From Octopus bimaculoides (taxonomy: Eukaryota), in the NCBI RefSeq assembly GCF_001194135.2, contig NC_068985.1:91107007-91171006 (forward strand): a stretch of DNA of 64,000 nucleotides, written 5' to 3'. Position 1 is the first letter of the stretch. Each line of letters starts with the position of its first letter. The translations under genes were made by a program, and so were the position numbers. Shown here one piece after another: positions 28,500-40,288 of the stretch. The notes below the pieces were generated by a model, which saw nothing but the letters and a program-made list of their open reading frames with translations, searched no databases and was not told the DNA's origin.

Positions 28500-30539
28500 C
28501 TGATAGATATATGATATTATATTACATACTTCTGACAGCTTTGTGCAGGCATATGAAAGTATGCTTTTTGTATTAATATCTACGTTACTTTAGCATATAT
28601 CAGCCATATCTTTTCTCTCATTTCACACATATATAAGTTACCGAGAAAATAATTTTATCTGAAACCAATAAAATAAGATACTATTCCAGACGTCAATGAA
28701 TTTGCAAAGATAATTTAAATTATTCATCTAGAATTTTCCGTTCAGTTTCTTCCCCTTCATTTGAGTCAAATATCTAGGTTAATATAAGATCAGTGACTTT
28801 CTTAATTCGAGAATTCCGATTAAATTTCTGCTTCAGTACGTAGAAAGCTAATGTGGAGACTAATAAGAACGATATTTACGAAATTTATTTCCGAATCAAT
28901 TTTGAATACTTCACTAACTGATTATAAAAAAATCTATTTATTAAAGATTAACTTACGTCTGTGAGGACATACATCATTCTTAATTATTTACGAGTCAGTT
29001 TTCTCTGGATTTCATTGAATTAAGTATCTCTCTAAGTTTGATATTTATCTATTAGTCTTAAATATAAAATAAATGCCTCTTAGCAGACACAGTTACAAAG
29101 GACCAATAACGATTCATAATATGAAACAAAATTTGATAGTTTTTCACGCTAATTATTCCTTGTTATGCATACAAAATAATAAAAATTTGAACGATACGGA
29201 CACCTTAGTGATTGTTTTCTAATTCTTGTGAAATAAGGATTCCATAGGTAATCTTAATTTTAATAATCCATATTAAATCATGTATTTTGAAATTGATTTC
29301 ATATAGTTTGTTGGCTTGGGAGGGTCATTACAACTTCAACTTTACTAATATCACGTAATGGTTCAACATCACTTTATTGCTAGACAGTTTTAAATACTAA
29401 CCCACAAACTAATCGATCACTTGCTTCATGTGGTTCTTAAACAATTAATCGGTTGTTTGTTTGTTAAATTCTGCCTCATGTACTGCAGCATATACCTTAG
29501 TAAATGCAGCTAATTGGAAATGTGATCTTGAAATTCTAATTGCATTTATTTAACTTTGAAATACTGGATTCGTAGAATAAAATAACTTTCATATTCGTGT
29601 ACTACTGTTCAACTCCCTCAACAATTCTCTATTCAATAAGCTTTTATTCCTGTGGATCGTAGAATAGATGGTTTCTTTTAATTCTACACATACATTTCTT
29701 CTACATTAATTTAGACTTGAAGAGAAAGCACTAGTGAACGGGGTAAACACTTGAAAGCTATCTTTAGAACAATTTTTGTAAGCATCATGTATTTAATTAA
29801 TCGAAATTTTAAAGCCACCTTGGCTTACAGCGCTTTTGTAATTGTGAGGAGCATTTTCGCGCATCCTTTTATTACACTCAGATTAAAGTCTTTTGTAGTG
29901 ATATTGTAGATTAGATTTCAGACAAAAAAAAAAAAANNNNNNNNNNNNNNNNNNNNNNNNNNNNNNNNNNNNNNNNNNNNNNNNNNNNNNNNNNNNNNNN
30001 NNNNNNNNNNNNNNNNNNNNNNNNNNNNNNNNNNNNNNNNNNNNNNNNNNNNNNNNNNNNNNNNNNNNNNNNNNNNNNNNNNNNNNNNNNNNNNNNNNNN
30101 NNNNNNNNNNNNNNNNNNNNNNNNNNNNNNNNNNNNNNNNNNNNNNNNNNNNNNNNNNNNNNNNNNNNNNNNNNNNNNNNNNNNNNNNNNNNNNNNNNNN
30201 NNNNNNNNNNNNNNNNNNNNNNNNNNNNNNNNNNNNNNNNNNNNNNNNNNNNNNNNNNNNNNNNNNNNNNNNNNNNNNNNNNNNNNNNNNNNNNNNNNNN
30301 NNNNNNNNNNNNNNNNNNNNNNNNNNNNNNNNNNNNNNNNNNNNNNNNNNNNNNNNNNNNNNNNNNNNNNNNNNNNNNNNNNNNNNNNNNNNNNNNNNNN
30401 NNNNNNNNNNNNNNNNNNNNNNNNNNNNNNNNNNNNNNNNNNNNNNNNNNNNNNNNNNNNNNNNNNNNNNNNNNNNNNNNNNNNNNNNNNNNNNNNNNNN
30501 NNNNNNNTATATATATAGATATGTGTGTGTGGGAGAATT

Positions 30540-31010
30540 TACGAAACAAACAACAACAAACGAGGACAGGTGGTCTAAACAACAAAAGGATGTATTGGTT
30601 TAACGCTCGGGAAAAGAGAAAGTATATAACGTTTCGAGCTACGCTCTTCAACAGATAGATTACGGAGAACAACAAGGAGAAAAACACGGAGATAAAGAAT
30701 TTGAATATTATGGTCAGCGATGTATCATCTATATATACTCTTTTACACTTACTCTCTTTTACTTGTTTCAGTGTCTTTTACTTGTTTCAGAAACAAAGAT
30801 AGAAAATTAAGAATTTGTAGTGGCTAGCTACCTATCCTGGTGAATGTCGGAGAGAAGGGTCACACAGGAGAACTAGGGAGAAGGGGGAGATATTAAATTA
30901 GGGGTCATCCCAAAACGAAGGTGCGCGTGCGTGTGTATAAGATAGTTTGTATGTGCGTGTGGAAGATGGCTGGTGATCTCGACATGTTCGTGTGTGTATG
31001 TGTAGGTATG
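30540..31010 (-). mobile_element. Probable Penelope-like (PLE) terminal-repeat region, interrupted by two short SINE 3'-end pieces (CTTTTACTTGTTTCAG x2, about 30756-30790)
   Basis: It carries a minimal hammerhead-like core at 30628-30654, a hallmark of PLE pLTRs. From recall it resembles a common octopus repeat; this is unverified. No RT or GIY-YIG ORF could be read. Confidence 0.4.
30621..30660 (-). ncRNA. Minimal type I hammerhead-like motif, CUGUUGA core variant
   Basis: The minus strand reads AUCUAU-CUGUUGA-A-GAGC-gua-GCUC-GAAA-CG-UU-AUAUAC. Stem II is a perfect 4 bp, stem III is the ACGU palindrome, and stem I is weak (3 bp). Confidence 0.5.
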
Positions 31011-31167
31011 AAAATAAGTATACTCCTGAAGTAATTAACGAGAAACGTTCTTGATTATGCATATAAACAGTTTTATATTATTATGCTAGCTACAGCCTAA
31101 TGTTACCAGCTGGCAATAGCAGTTTTGCGGGGATTTATCAGAGTTGCGCAGATATAAATAATGTAGG

Positions 31168-31168
<1 letters not shown>

Positions 31169-31236
<68 letters not shown>

Positions 31237-31246
31237 GTAGTAGTAG
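31169..31246. repeat. (AAT)n then (AGT)n microsatellite
   Basis: Seen directly. Confidence 0.95.
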
Positions 31247-32755
31247 ATGGATGGGATTTATAAATAGTTTAATGCAAGTTTCGCACGTTTTCACCAATCA
31301 CCTGTTTCTTACTATCATAGTCCATAACCCCGTAGGTTCCATGGACATCTGGAAGATCATATTCATTTCTCTAAGCCATATGGCATTAACGTTGGAAGCA
31401 GTAGATAACTGAGGGTTATTCATCAATTTTGACCAATGAAAAGTTTGATTGGGGTATGTGGCCAGTTCTTGGTGTATTTCGTGGGGATGTGTAGACGGTG
31501 AATCATAGAGAGAAAGGAATTTGATATTATACTCATTTTGCTATTTGAGTATGCACATATCAGGATGTGTTGTGTATTTCGTTGCTTACACTATAGTCGA
31601 AGCAAGGCACACCCCTCAATGAATTCAGATATAGTGGTGTCAACAAGTACAGCTATTCAGTATTTGGAGCTCATTGTTATTAGTGGGATGTGATATTCTC
31701 ATCAAATGAACTTTAAATCACGTGTAGTGATATAATGATATAGCATATGGCATATGAGAATATAGGTTATTTCCTTTAGTTGTATACGTTCTTCTGTTCC
31801 ATTATATGATAAAGACGGTTACTGCTTTCCTGTTTATTTATTTTTTAATTCTAGGAATTATAACTTGCTTTTATGCTTACAGGATGCAATTACTACGGAG
31901 TGTATATGAATTAGATTTCTCTCTATATAATGATATCCACGGTTTCCTCTGGGTTGAAATTGCTTGAATCAGTTGTGGAAAGTGTTGTCGTTTGGGTTAA
32001 CGGTCAGTTCCTACTATGCCTCTTCTTTATTTTAGAAATAATAGTAAGAAAGTGTTCTGCTGATGAGAGTCGTCGTGGAGTGAATTGAATATAATTCGGC
32101 CTTTATTTCAGTCATATAGCATGACCGTATACAAAACATCATGTTGTTACAAATCTTTAACGTTAACATCATTAAGGATCATTATACGTATCCGTAAAAC
32201 ATGTTTCTAATGAGAGCAGGAGTGGTGTAGAGTATATATGTTTCGACAAACGACAACATGACAAACAGATTGTAATGAAAACACGCTGAAATCTTTTGAT
32301 CAAAGGCAGGTAGGGAATCATAACAAAGTGTAAGCGAAAACGAATGGAAAACGATCGGCAGAAAATGAAATGACGTGATGTCGCGTTTATTGAAAGAAAA
32401 ATGGTTTAGAAATAAATATATTTCTGCGTAATTGATAACCACAAACTGTTTATGATAAAGTTTTGTGGTCACTGACATTACATACACACAGAACCACCCC
32501 CACATACATATGTATGTGTATATATATATATATAAGTTTGAGGAGGGTATCGAATTTAACCAAACCCCGGAGGATACAGGTAATACCAAGTAAGTGCTGT
32601 ATACCGATTAGTTTGCCCCAGTCGTTGTATGAACAGGATTGGGTATTATAAGTTGTGTATTAGCCTGTATATATGTAAATATATAAAAACAAAAGGATAA
32701 AGAGAGCGACAACCTTACCTTCGGTCTCTTTATCCTTTTGTTTTAATATATTTAC

Positions 32756-32792
<37 letters not shown>

Positions 32793-32864
32793 CGCGTGTG
32801 TGTGTGTGTGTGCGTGTGTGTGTGTATGTATGTATATATATGTATATGTATATATTGTTATTAT

Positions 32865-33040
32865 TTGACTGTTGGCATGCAGGAGCACCGCCTTCAGTCG
32901 CATAAATCGACCCCATGACATATACTTTGTATTCCTAGAGTTATTATATCGGTCTGTTTTGCGGATCCGCTGGTTACAGGGACGTAGACACACCAACATC
33001 GGTTGTCAATCGATGGTTGGTTGACAAACAGAGACACATA
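32865..33040 (-). mobile_element. 3' segment of family A SINE
   Basis: The reverse complement (TTGACAACCGATGTTGGTGTGTCTACGTCCCTGTAACCAGCGG..CAAAACAGACCGATA..GGCGGTGCTCCTGCATG..CAGTCAAAT) aligns by eye with 55075-55285. Confidence 0.7.
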
Positions 33041-33177
33041 CCCTGCAAGCAACTTGCTCACGCAAGTGCAACCAGTCGAAAGCTCCGCATACCGGAAGTC
33101 AGCAGGTGCGTGGTATCATCAGGGGAGAATGCACACTGTTTCGGCGCCTACACACCAACTGTTATAATACATTATTT

Positions 33178-33365
33178 ACACCGAAAACTACCTTAGAAAT
33201 GAGAACACAGGTTCGAAATTTCCCCAAGCCACCTGATGAAGGCTGGACGGTATATCAGCCGAAAAGTTGTGTTAACAACAAACAAGATGAGGACAAATAT
33301 CCGCCAAATGTATATAATGTAAATAAATTAGATAGTTCCTCATCCCTTATATATAGAACTGAACT
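33178..33365 (+). mobile_element. Headless copy of the hammerhead-bearing SINE tail (family H)
   Basis: CCGAAAACTACCTTAGAAATGAGAACACAGGTTCGAAATTTCCCCAAGCCACCTGATGA...GAGGACAAATATCCG aligns with 37056-37200 and 48417-48603. Confidence 0.85.
33228..33273 (+). ncRNA. Minimal type I hammerhead ribozyme, family H copy 1 (stem III mutated)
   Basis: GCCAC-CUGAUGA-A-GGCUG-gacgguauau-CAGCC-GAAA-AG-UU-GUGUU. Stem II is a perfect 5 bp. ACGU is changed to AAGU. Confidence 0.7.
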
Positions 33366-34202
33366 GTTTTAATCTTCAATAATTAAACATATTGAGAGAT
33401 TATACGGGAAAGAATAAGCAGTAGTAAATCCATAGTAAAATTGACAACCCTGTCGGTTTGCCTAGATAGATAAATAGGTTGACAAGGGTGTAGATATTGG
33501 AGAGGTACCCACGTGTTTTCATATAGATATTCTATGTATATTGCGTTCATATCTGAAAATGTGCACCAATATTTCAGTTCCTGAGCTACTTTGTGTTATT
33601 CCAATTATAAAAATGTCATAACACTTGAAAATGGTACACTCAAGTCTTCATATTAGATATTTCAAACAATACTGCTCATGACACTTCTCCGACAGATATA
33701 GTTGCAGTAAGTTAAAAGTGGCCATTATATTCATTGAGGATAATAAGTTGCGCTTGTATGGCATGCTTTATAATATATTCTAAGGCATCTGTTGATACGT
33801 TTTGTGACGAATTTACAAGAGACGTAATATTTTATAGATTAAATATTTCCTTTTCCAAACTAACATAAAATTATTATCGCATTGCACACTGAATAAAATG
33901 GAAGAAATATGCATATTGACACCATTTATATTTTCTGATATGTGGTTAAATCACTTAAATGATTTTCATTCATATTTCCATATTTAGAATATTATTTTCA
34001 GGTCGATATAATTATATACATTTAAACGCATAATTCTCTTCATAAAGCTGTCACTTCCTTCGCATCGCATTTAGAAAATTTCCATTTCAACAAAAATTAA
34101 GTTTTCAAAATAAGTCTATGATTCCTTTCATATACATATTTATTCGTGTGTGGCTGTGTATGAGTGTGTGTGTGCGTCTGTGAGTGTATGCGTGTGTTTG
34201 TT

Positions 34203-34233
<31 letters not shown>

Positions 34234-36755
34234 ATATACATATACATATACATATATATATATATATATANNNNNNNNNNNNNNNNNNNNNNNNNNNNNN
34301 NNNNNNNNNNNNNNNNNNNNNNNNNNNNNNNNNNNNNNNNNNNNNNNNNNNNNNNNNNNNNNNNNNNNNNNNNNNNNNNNNNNNNNNNNNNNNNNNNNNN
34401 NNNNNNNNNNNNNNNNNNNNNNNNNNNNNNNNNNNNNNNNNNNNNNNNNNNNNNNNNNNNNTATATATATATACATGTATGTATGCATACGTGAAAACCT
34501 TCATGTGTAGTGGTATATGCTTGAATGTGTCCATACATATATGTACGCCCACATATACCAATGAATGTATTTCTTCAAGAACATCAATAAGTTGGTGTAC
34601 ACACACACAGACAAGCATACACAAGCATACACACATGTATATATATAACTTCTTCAATAATTAAACAGTGACAATCTACACGTTGTAGAGGATGGCGTTT
34701 AGTCGCAATATATATTTTCCTGTGAAATAAATATCGCATTCTTATTTAGTTCAGACAGATTTAACTATCGATCGATAATAATTAAAGTAAAAGCATTTCT
34801 ATTGTTCTCACATAAAACTGAATTCATTTCAAATAAAACTCTTCAACTATGCGTAGATATTAAAATTTACACTTCACACACATCGATATATCTATACGTA
34901 TATGATCATAAACACTTTGGCTCACACAGTAGCACACACATACATATACACTCATGCACACACACACACACAAAAGCATGTATCTCTATATAGGCATGTA
35001 TCTACAAATATATACGCTCATACATTGATGCCCATATACGCAGTGTGCGTGTTTAAAACACATTTGTATATAGGCATAGACTCATCACTCACAACTTTTG
35101 TGTGCTTCTACACTGTTGTATCCGGCTTCTGTCTGTGTAAGTCTCTCTGGACACGACACGTTTCTCTGCGCCTGCAATTTATTTACAATATGAAGTGTTC
35201 AATATAAATGATACCTGGAATATCTGTGATCTTACTATTGATGTTTGTGGTATAACCTCAGTAATAATTCATACAGTGTTTTCAAATTTATCCCATTACA
35301 TTTTGATATTTTCAACATTATTTTCATGCGGTTTATGTACTGTCATATATTTTAACATGTATACATGCTTCCAAATTGATTGTTAACTGAACAATGGTGT
35401 GGTGTTGGCTGTGGATAATTGCTTGCTGTTTTGTCTGCTATGTCAGTACCTGTGCAATGCAAAACTAATATAGTACTTACATCATAAATAATTTTAACTG
35501 TGTATTTTGTGTATTCGTTTCTCTCTACTTCAAAAGTCAACAGGACCGTTACTACTTATCTTTGCCTCACTTTTCGTTAGTATTCATTTCTATAAAATAC
35601 CTCATTGGTTTTGGTTGTACGTACGTTGATAATTTACTTACTTCTCTATTTCGATGTGGGAGTCCATTTCATTGTTTAAATAAACAACCTACGCATTGAA
35701 TTAGTGTAAGATGTAGTTGAGCAGTTCATAGATAATCTGTTACATATCGCATGTGAAACATGTATAACAAGACTCAAACTAATTACTTTATATATACGAT
35801 ATATGTTAGGCAGTTTCCAATTATATAAATTTGTTCAAAACGCTTGATCGATGTCGAAGCAGTGTCTATTCTTTTTATCACTTGTTTTCCAGAAATTCTC
35901 ATGAATTTGGTGCTTCTTATCCACGCATATGTGTCAACGTCAATTATGCATTTAAAATAGCACCAACATCAAACCAACAATCCCCCTTCCATGTCGCTCT
36001 TCCAATAAATACATTTTTCTCATTGTTGAGGTAGAAAATTATGATACTGAAAAATATCATTAATCTGTGGATTTTTATTTACTAGTGTGATTTCAGTTAA
36101 TGCACTCTATTTGATTTTCAAAAATAAGCAAATTTATGTTTCATTTTAATTTTCAAATATTCATTAACACTTATAAACATAATCATCTTGAAAAGCAAAA
36201 ATGAAGCAAAATATCAGTTGTTTCTGAAATTTAAATACAGCATGGAACTCATTTAACCATTGAAAAACAACACCAATCGTATATTTTCGATTTCTACACA
36301 TGGCTTACATTTCACGTTATATATATATATATATATATTCATGTGTTTTTGTCCTTGCATGACACTACAAATAGCTTTTTAACAACGGCAATAATTAATA
36401 GTGGTTTGAAACCACATAACAATACAAAATCATATTGCTTTTCAAGTACTGAATTTTTTCTGCATGACATGTGTAAACATATGTCCGTGTGGTATTTATA
36501 AACACCATTGTGAGTGTATTTAATATAACTTATAATTCATGTAACTCATATTCAATGTAACTTTATAAAATTTTATAATAACATTTCGTATTAAATTACA
36601 AATATTAATATGTAAAGTAAGAAACTATATGTTATATTCCATGAGTGTAAGGTTAAGAAGAATATATATTATTCATCAAAAGTTGTGCTCTGTACAGGTA
36701 ATATTGAGGGTAAATAGAACATCGAAACTGTACAAAATGCAACGAAAGATGTACA

Positions 36756-36853
36756 GGCGTAGTGGTTAAGAGCACGGGGTACTGACCCCAAGATTCCGAG
36801 TACGATTGCAAGCAGCGACCTGAATAATATTATAATAATAATAATGATAATAA

Positions 36854-36896
<43 letters not shown>

Positions 36897-36913
36897 AATG
36901 ATAATAATAATAA

Positions 36914-36991
<78 letters not shown>

Positions 36992-36993
36992 TA

Positions 36994-37052
<59 letters not shown>

Positions 37053-37200
37053 GATAACATCGAAAAATACATTAGGAATGAGAACCTAGGTTCGAACTTT
37101 CCCCAACACACCTGATGAAGGCTGAAGGGTATATCAACTGAAACGTTGTGTTAACAACAAAAAAGGTGAGGAGAAATATCCGTCAAATATAAATAATGTA
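36756..37200 (+). mobile_element. Full-length family H SINE: tRNA-like head + (AAT)/(GAT)n spacer + hammerhead-bearing tail
   Basis: The head at 36756-36825 (GGCGTAGTGGTTAAGAGCACGGGGTACTGACCCCAAGATTCCGAGTACGATTGC) has an A-box, an anticodon-like arm and a decayed B-box. The repeat spans 36826-37050 and the tail 37056-37200. The same head-repeat-tail order occurs on the minus strand at 48052-48328. Confidence 0.85.
37107..37152 (+). ncRNA. Minimal type I hammerhead ribozyme, family H copy 2 (intact catalytic core)
   Basis: CACAC-CUGAUGA(37112-37118)-A-GGCUG-aaggguauau-CAACU-GAAA(37140-37143)-CG-UU-GUGUU. Stem I is 4 bp and stem II is partly decayed. The predicted cut lies after 37147. Confidence 0.75.
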
Positions 37201-37341
37201 ACTGATGTTATAAAATTGCTCTTTCCGCTGTTTAATCTAGCCCAGAATCAATATATTCCTGCATAGATGGAAATAACCATGCATAAATATACATACGTAC
37301 AATTATGCAAAAAAATACATACGTATATATACATACGTACT

Positions 37342-37397
<56 letters not shown>

Positions 37398-38482
37398 CAT
37401 ATATATACATATAAACACATACACATATTTATACTTTGATACATACATACGTATATACATGTATGTATACATGTATATGTATGTGAATATGAATGCATGC
37501 CTGCATGCGTTCATGTATGTGTGTATTGTGTCTTAGTTGATTAATGATAATATTCTTAGAAGCTTATATTGGTGAAAACAATACCCGGCTATATACTGAA
37601 TATGGAATTAGAAGTTAATGGCGATGTATTTCGTTTTATAAATAGGCATTACACTACCCAGTGCTATGTTGAAAAAGATAATACAATCAGACTGTACTTC
37701 TAAAATAATTATCGGTGAGAAAAGTAAGATCAAGATATAGGTTCCGTCATAATTCATAATTCCTCATCCGCTACCATATCTTTGTTATTCACGGTATTTC
37801 GCTATTATAGAAAATCGTTGCTTGGAGCCACTTCACTTCGAATTAATGAGTAAGTCATTGACGCAAAGCAAGATAACGCATTCAGAGCTTAAATATATCG
37901 TAACATAACCTTCAATTAATAATAGAAAAATAAATGAAATGTATATGCATGATATTATATTATCCAGTAGATTGATGAAAATAATTGTGTACATGATAAA
38001 TTTGCAACAAATAGGAACAACTTCGATTCTATTGGTAATAATTGGAAACCAGAGTGGCGACTATATGGAAATGTTGTGATGAAAAATGACATTAGAAATG
38101 GATTAAGTTTTATAATGAAATAAGATATATTCGTTGTAAACATAATAAAGTGTTCCTCACATGTCGTACACAGCACAGACAAAGACTGTGCCAATAAATT
38201 GTTAATTGTGGTAAGAAACAATTGGTTTTAAAAATACGCTTTTAAGCATGGTCATATTTTAATAATCTCCATAGTTGTACGATTATTGTTACATGTCGCA
38301 TCTATTATCGTAAAACATTTTGTTAGAGAATATGGTGAATAAAACTAGTCAATAAAAAGCATTAAGCTAGCTAACTCTTTGCAGATGCTCAGAGCTTTTA
38401 TTTTAATATCGGCTGTTTATTATTAATATCAATAACAGCAAGAAAGTATTAATTTTTATATTCAACCTAAAAATATGACTAA

Positions 38483-38494
38483 TACTACTGTATA

Positions 38495-38527
<33 letters not shown>

Positions 38528-38735
38528 TACTACTACTAATGATAATAATAATAACAATGATCATGATAATAATAATAATGGTGATGGTGATTATAATAAT
38601 AATAATACTGATGATTATGATTATGATGATGATGATGATAATGATGATGATGGGGAGGAGGAGGATAAGGAGGAGGAGGAGGAGGAGGGGGAGGCGGAGA
38701 AGGAAGAGGAGGAGGAGGGGTATTATGATGATGAT
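38483..38735. repeat. Compound trinucleotide repeat ACT>AAT>GAT>GAG
   Basis: Seen directly. It gives the T-, N-, D- and E-rich part of ORF 38475..38936. Confidence 0.95.
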
Positions 38736-38739
38736 ACAA

Positions 38740-39530
38740 GAGAAAAACCAATATTAATGAAAGACCTGTCGAAGGGCAATGATAGTATCAATTACCGACA
38801 CTGCGTTTGTCTTAAGCTCCTTTGGAAAGTATTAGCAGGACCCCCCCCCTGCAGGGAAATCATTTACGTTCCTTGCGGAAAACAATCTATTGCCAGTAAA
38901 ACAGAAAGGATGCCGAAAAGGATCCAAGGGCACTAAGGACCCCTCTGTGATAGACAAGGTTATAATGAAGAACTGTAAACGGTACGAAAAAAACTAATGC
39001 ATGGCCTGGATAAACTTCAAAAAGTCTTACGAAATATGACCGCATTCAGAGATTTAGGAAACACTAGATATGTGTAGAAGACCTGAGAAAGTGTGTGCAC
39101 TGATTAAGAACTGCATGCCTAGTTAGAAAACACGTCTTTCCTGTAACAACCAGCACGTATCCGAGGTAACGATCAAAAGAAGTACCTTCCAAGCAGACTC
39201 TTGTTCATCTCTGTTATTTGTTATGGCTTTGATCCCACTTTCTCTACCCCTACGCAAACTCGACGCGCACTATGAGCTCAGATGGAATAAGCCACGTCTC
39301 AACAATTTTCCCTTCATGTGTGATTTAAAACTTTTCGCTCAACACAGCCTGAAATGGAGAGGCTGGTTGAGACTGTGCAAATGTGCAGCAAGGATATAGG
39401 GATGGAATTCGGTATCTTGAAGGGTGCGGTGCTTACTTTGAAGCGGGGAGAAAAGAGTAAATTGCAGGGGCATAGAATTGCCAAACGGAGAAAGAATAGA
39501 CCCGAATGATGATGCGTACATCTTTCTGTC
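38740..39530 (+). mobile_element. Reverse transcriptase remnant of an R4/Dong-clade (RLE-type) non-LTR retrotransposon
   Basis: Hand translation gives NYRHCVCLKLLWKVL; QKGCRKGSKGTKD..VIDKVIMKNCKR..AWINFKKSYE..PHS; IKRSTFQADSCSSLLFVMALIPLS; FMCDLKLFA (the YMDD site); and SKDIGMEFGILKGAVLTLKRG..GIELPNGE. These RT motifs are collinear, with stops and frameshifts. Confidence 0.85.
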
Positions 39531-39574
39531 AGTTTCAATTGTCAAGTTCCAGAGGAGTGAGATGTGGCCATATG

Positions 39575-39920
39575 AAGCTGCGTGACGTAGTGGACCGAGT
39601 GTTACACTCACGAACGCAAGCTAATTGGTTCGAACCTCCGGACCGAGCTTTGCATAGTGTTATCGAACAAAGAATTTTATTTCACGTTGTTTTGCGATCA
39701 TTTGAACAACTGACGTATGGTTTACTTTTGAACCTGTACAGTCAATGTAGATTTGATGAAGGGACTGAGCTAATGTACAACACATACATGTGATACTATT
39801 ATAAGCAAGTCCTGTTTGTGGGACCTTTAGCAATAATCTGAAAACTCATACATTATCTTTGACGTGAGAGGCCATCATTATATTTTTATTATTATTATCA
39901 CCATTACTTTTTATTATTTC
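39575..39920 (+). mobile_element. tRNA-derived SINE, family C (diverged), with an (ATT)n-rich tail
   Basis: GCGTGACGTAGTGGACCGAGTGTTACACTCACGAACGCAAGCTAATTGGTTCGAACCTCCGGACCG has an A-box and a B-box (GGTTCGAAC). The body continues TTTATTTCACGTTG. The 3' boundary is approximate. Confidence 0.65.
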
Positions 39921-40288
39921 TTTTATTTTTCTCTATAGAGCCAAGGTCTCTATTCGAGAGAAGATTATATTGACCCAGTATATGCCTGATACAGTTTTAC
40001 TTTCATTTCCTAGCACCCAGTGAGATGATAGAAACATTTTGAGTTTAGCGTATTTCGGACTCATCAAGTAATGAATCGTAAGGATTACTGCGCCGGAATT
40101 TCTGTACCGTACCAATGCTATAAGTTAACATGAAAAGCGAAAATAAAACTATAATATAGCTGTATTTAGGGTGATACTCTCGCCATGAGTTGAAAGAATA
40201 ACTATATTCACATGACATTTGGAGAGAATATAATCCAGATTTTGATTTATTGTTGACACCCAAAAACTGAGATGAATTATGAAAATAT

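Noticed and set aside
33040-33170. Minus-strand GAAAC followed by CUGAUGA (permuted hammerhead?), plus an ETS-like ACCGGAAGT at 33091
   Set aside because: No valid U-H site (the position is G), no stem I hairpin and no stem II pairing could be drawn. A single ETS site is not enough for a regulatory call.
36756-36825. Functional tRNA gene (also 48261-48328 and the other SINE heads)
   Set aside because: There is no acceptor stem, and the heads are attached to repeat bodies found in multiple copies, so they are SINE heads.
39939-39989. Possible terminal exon SQGLYSREDYIDPVYA*
   Set aside because: The pyrimidine tract is explained by the upstream SINE tail, and no linked exons were found.
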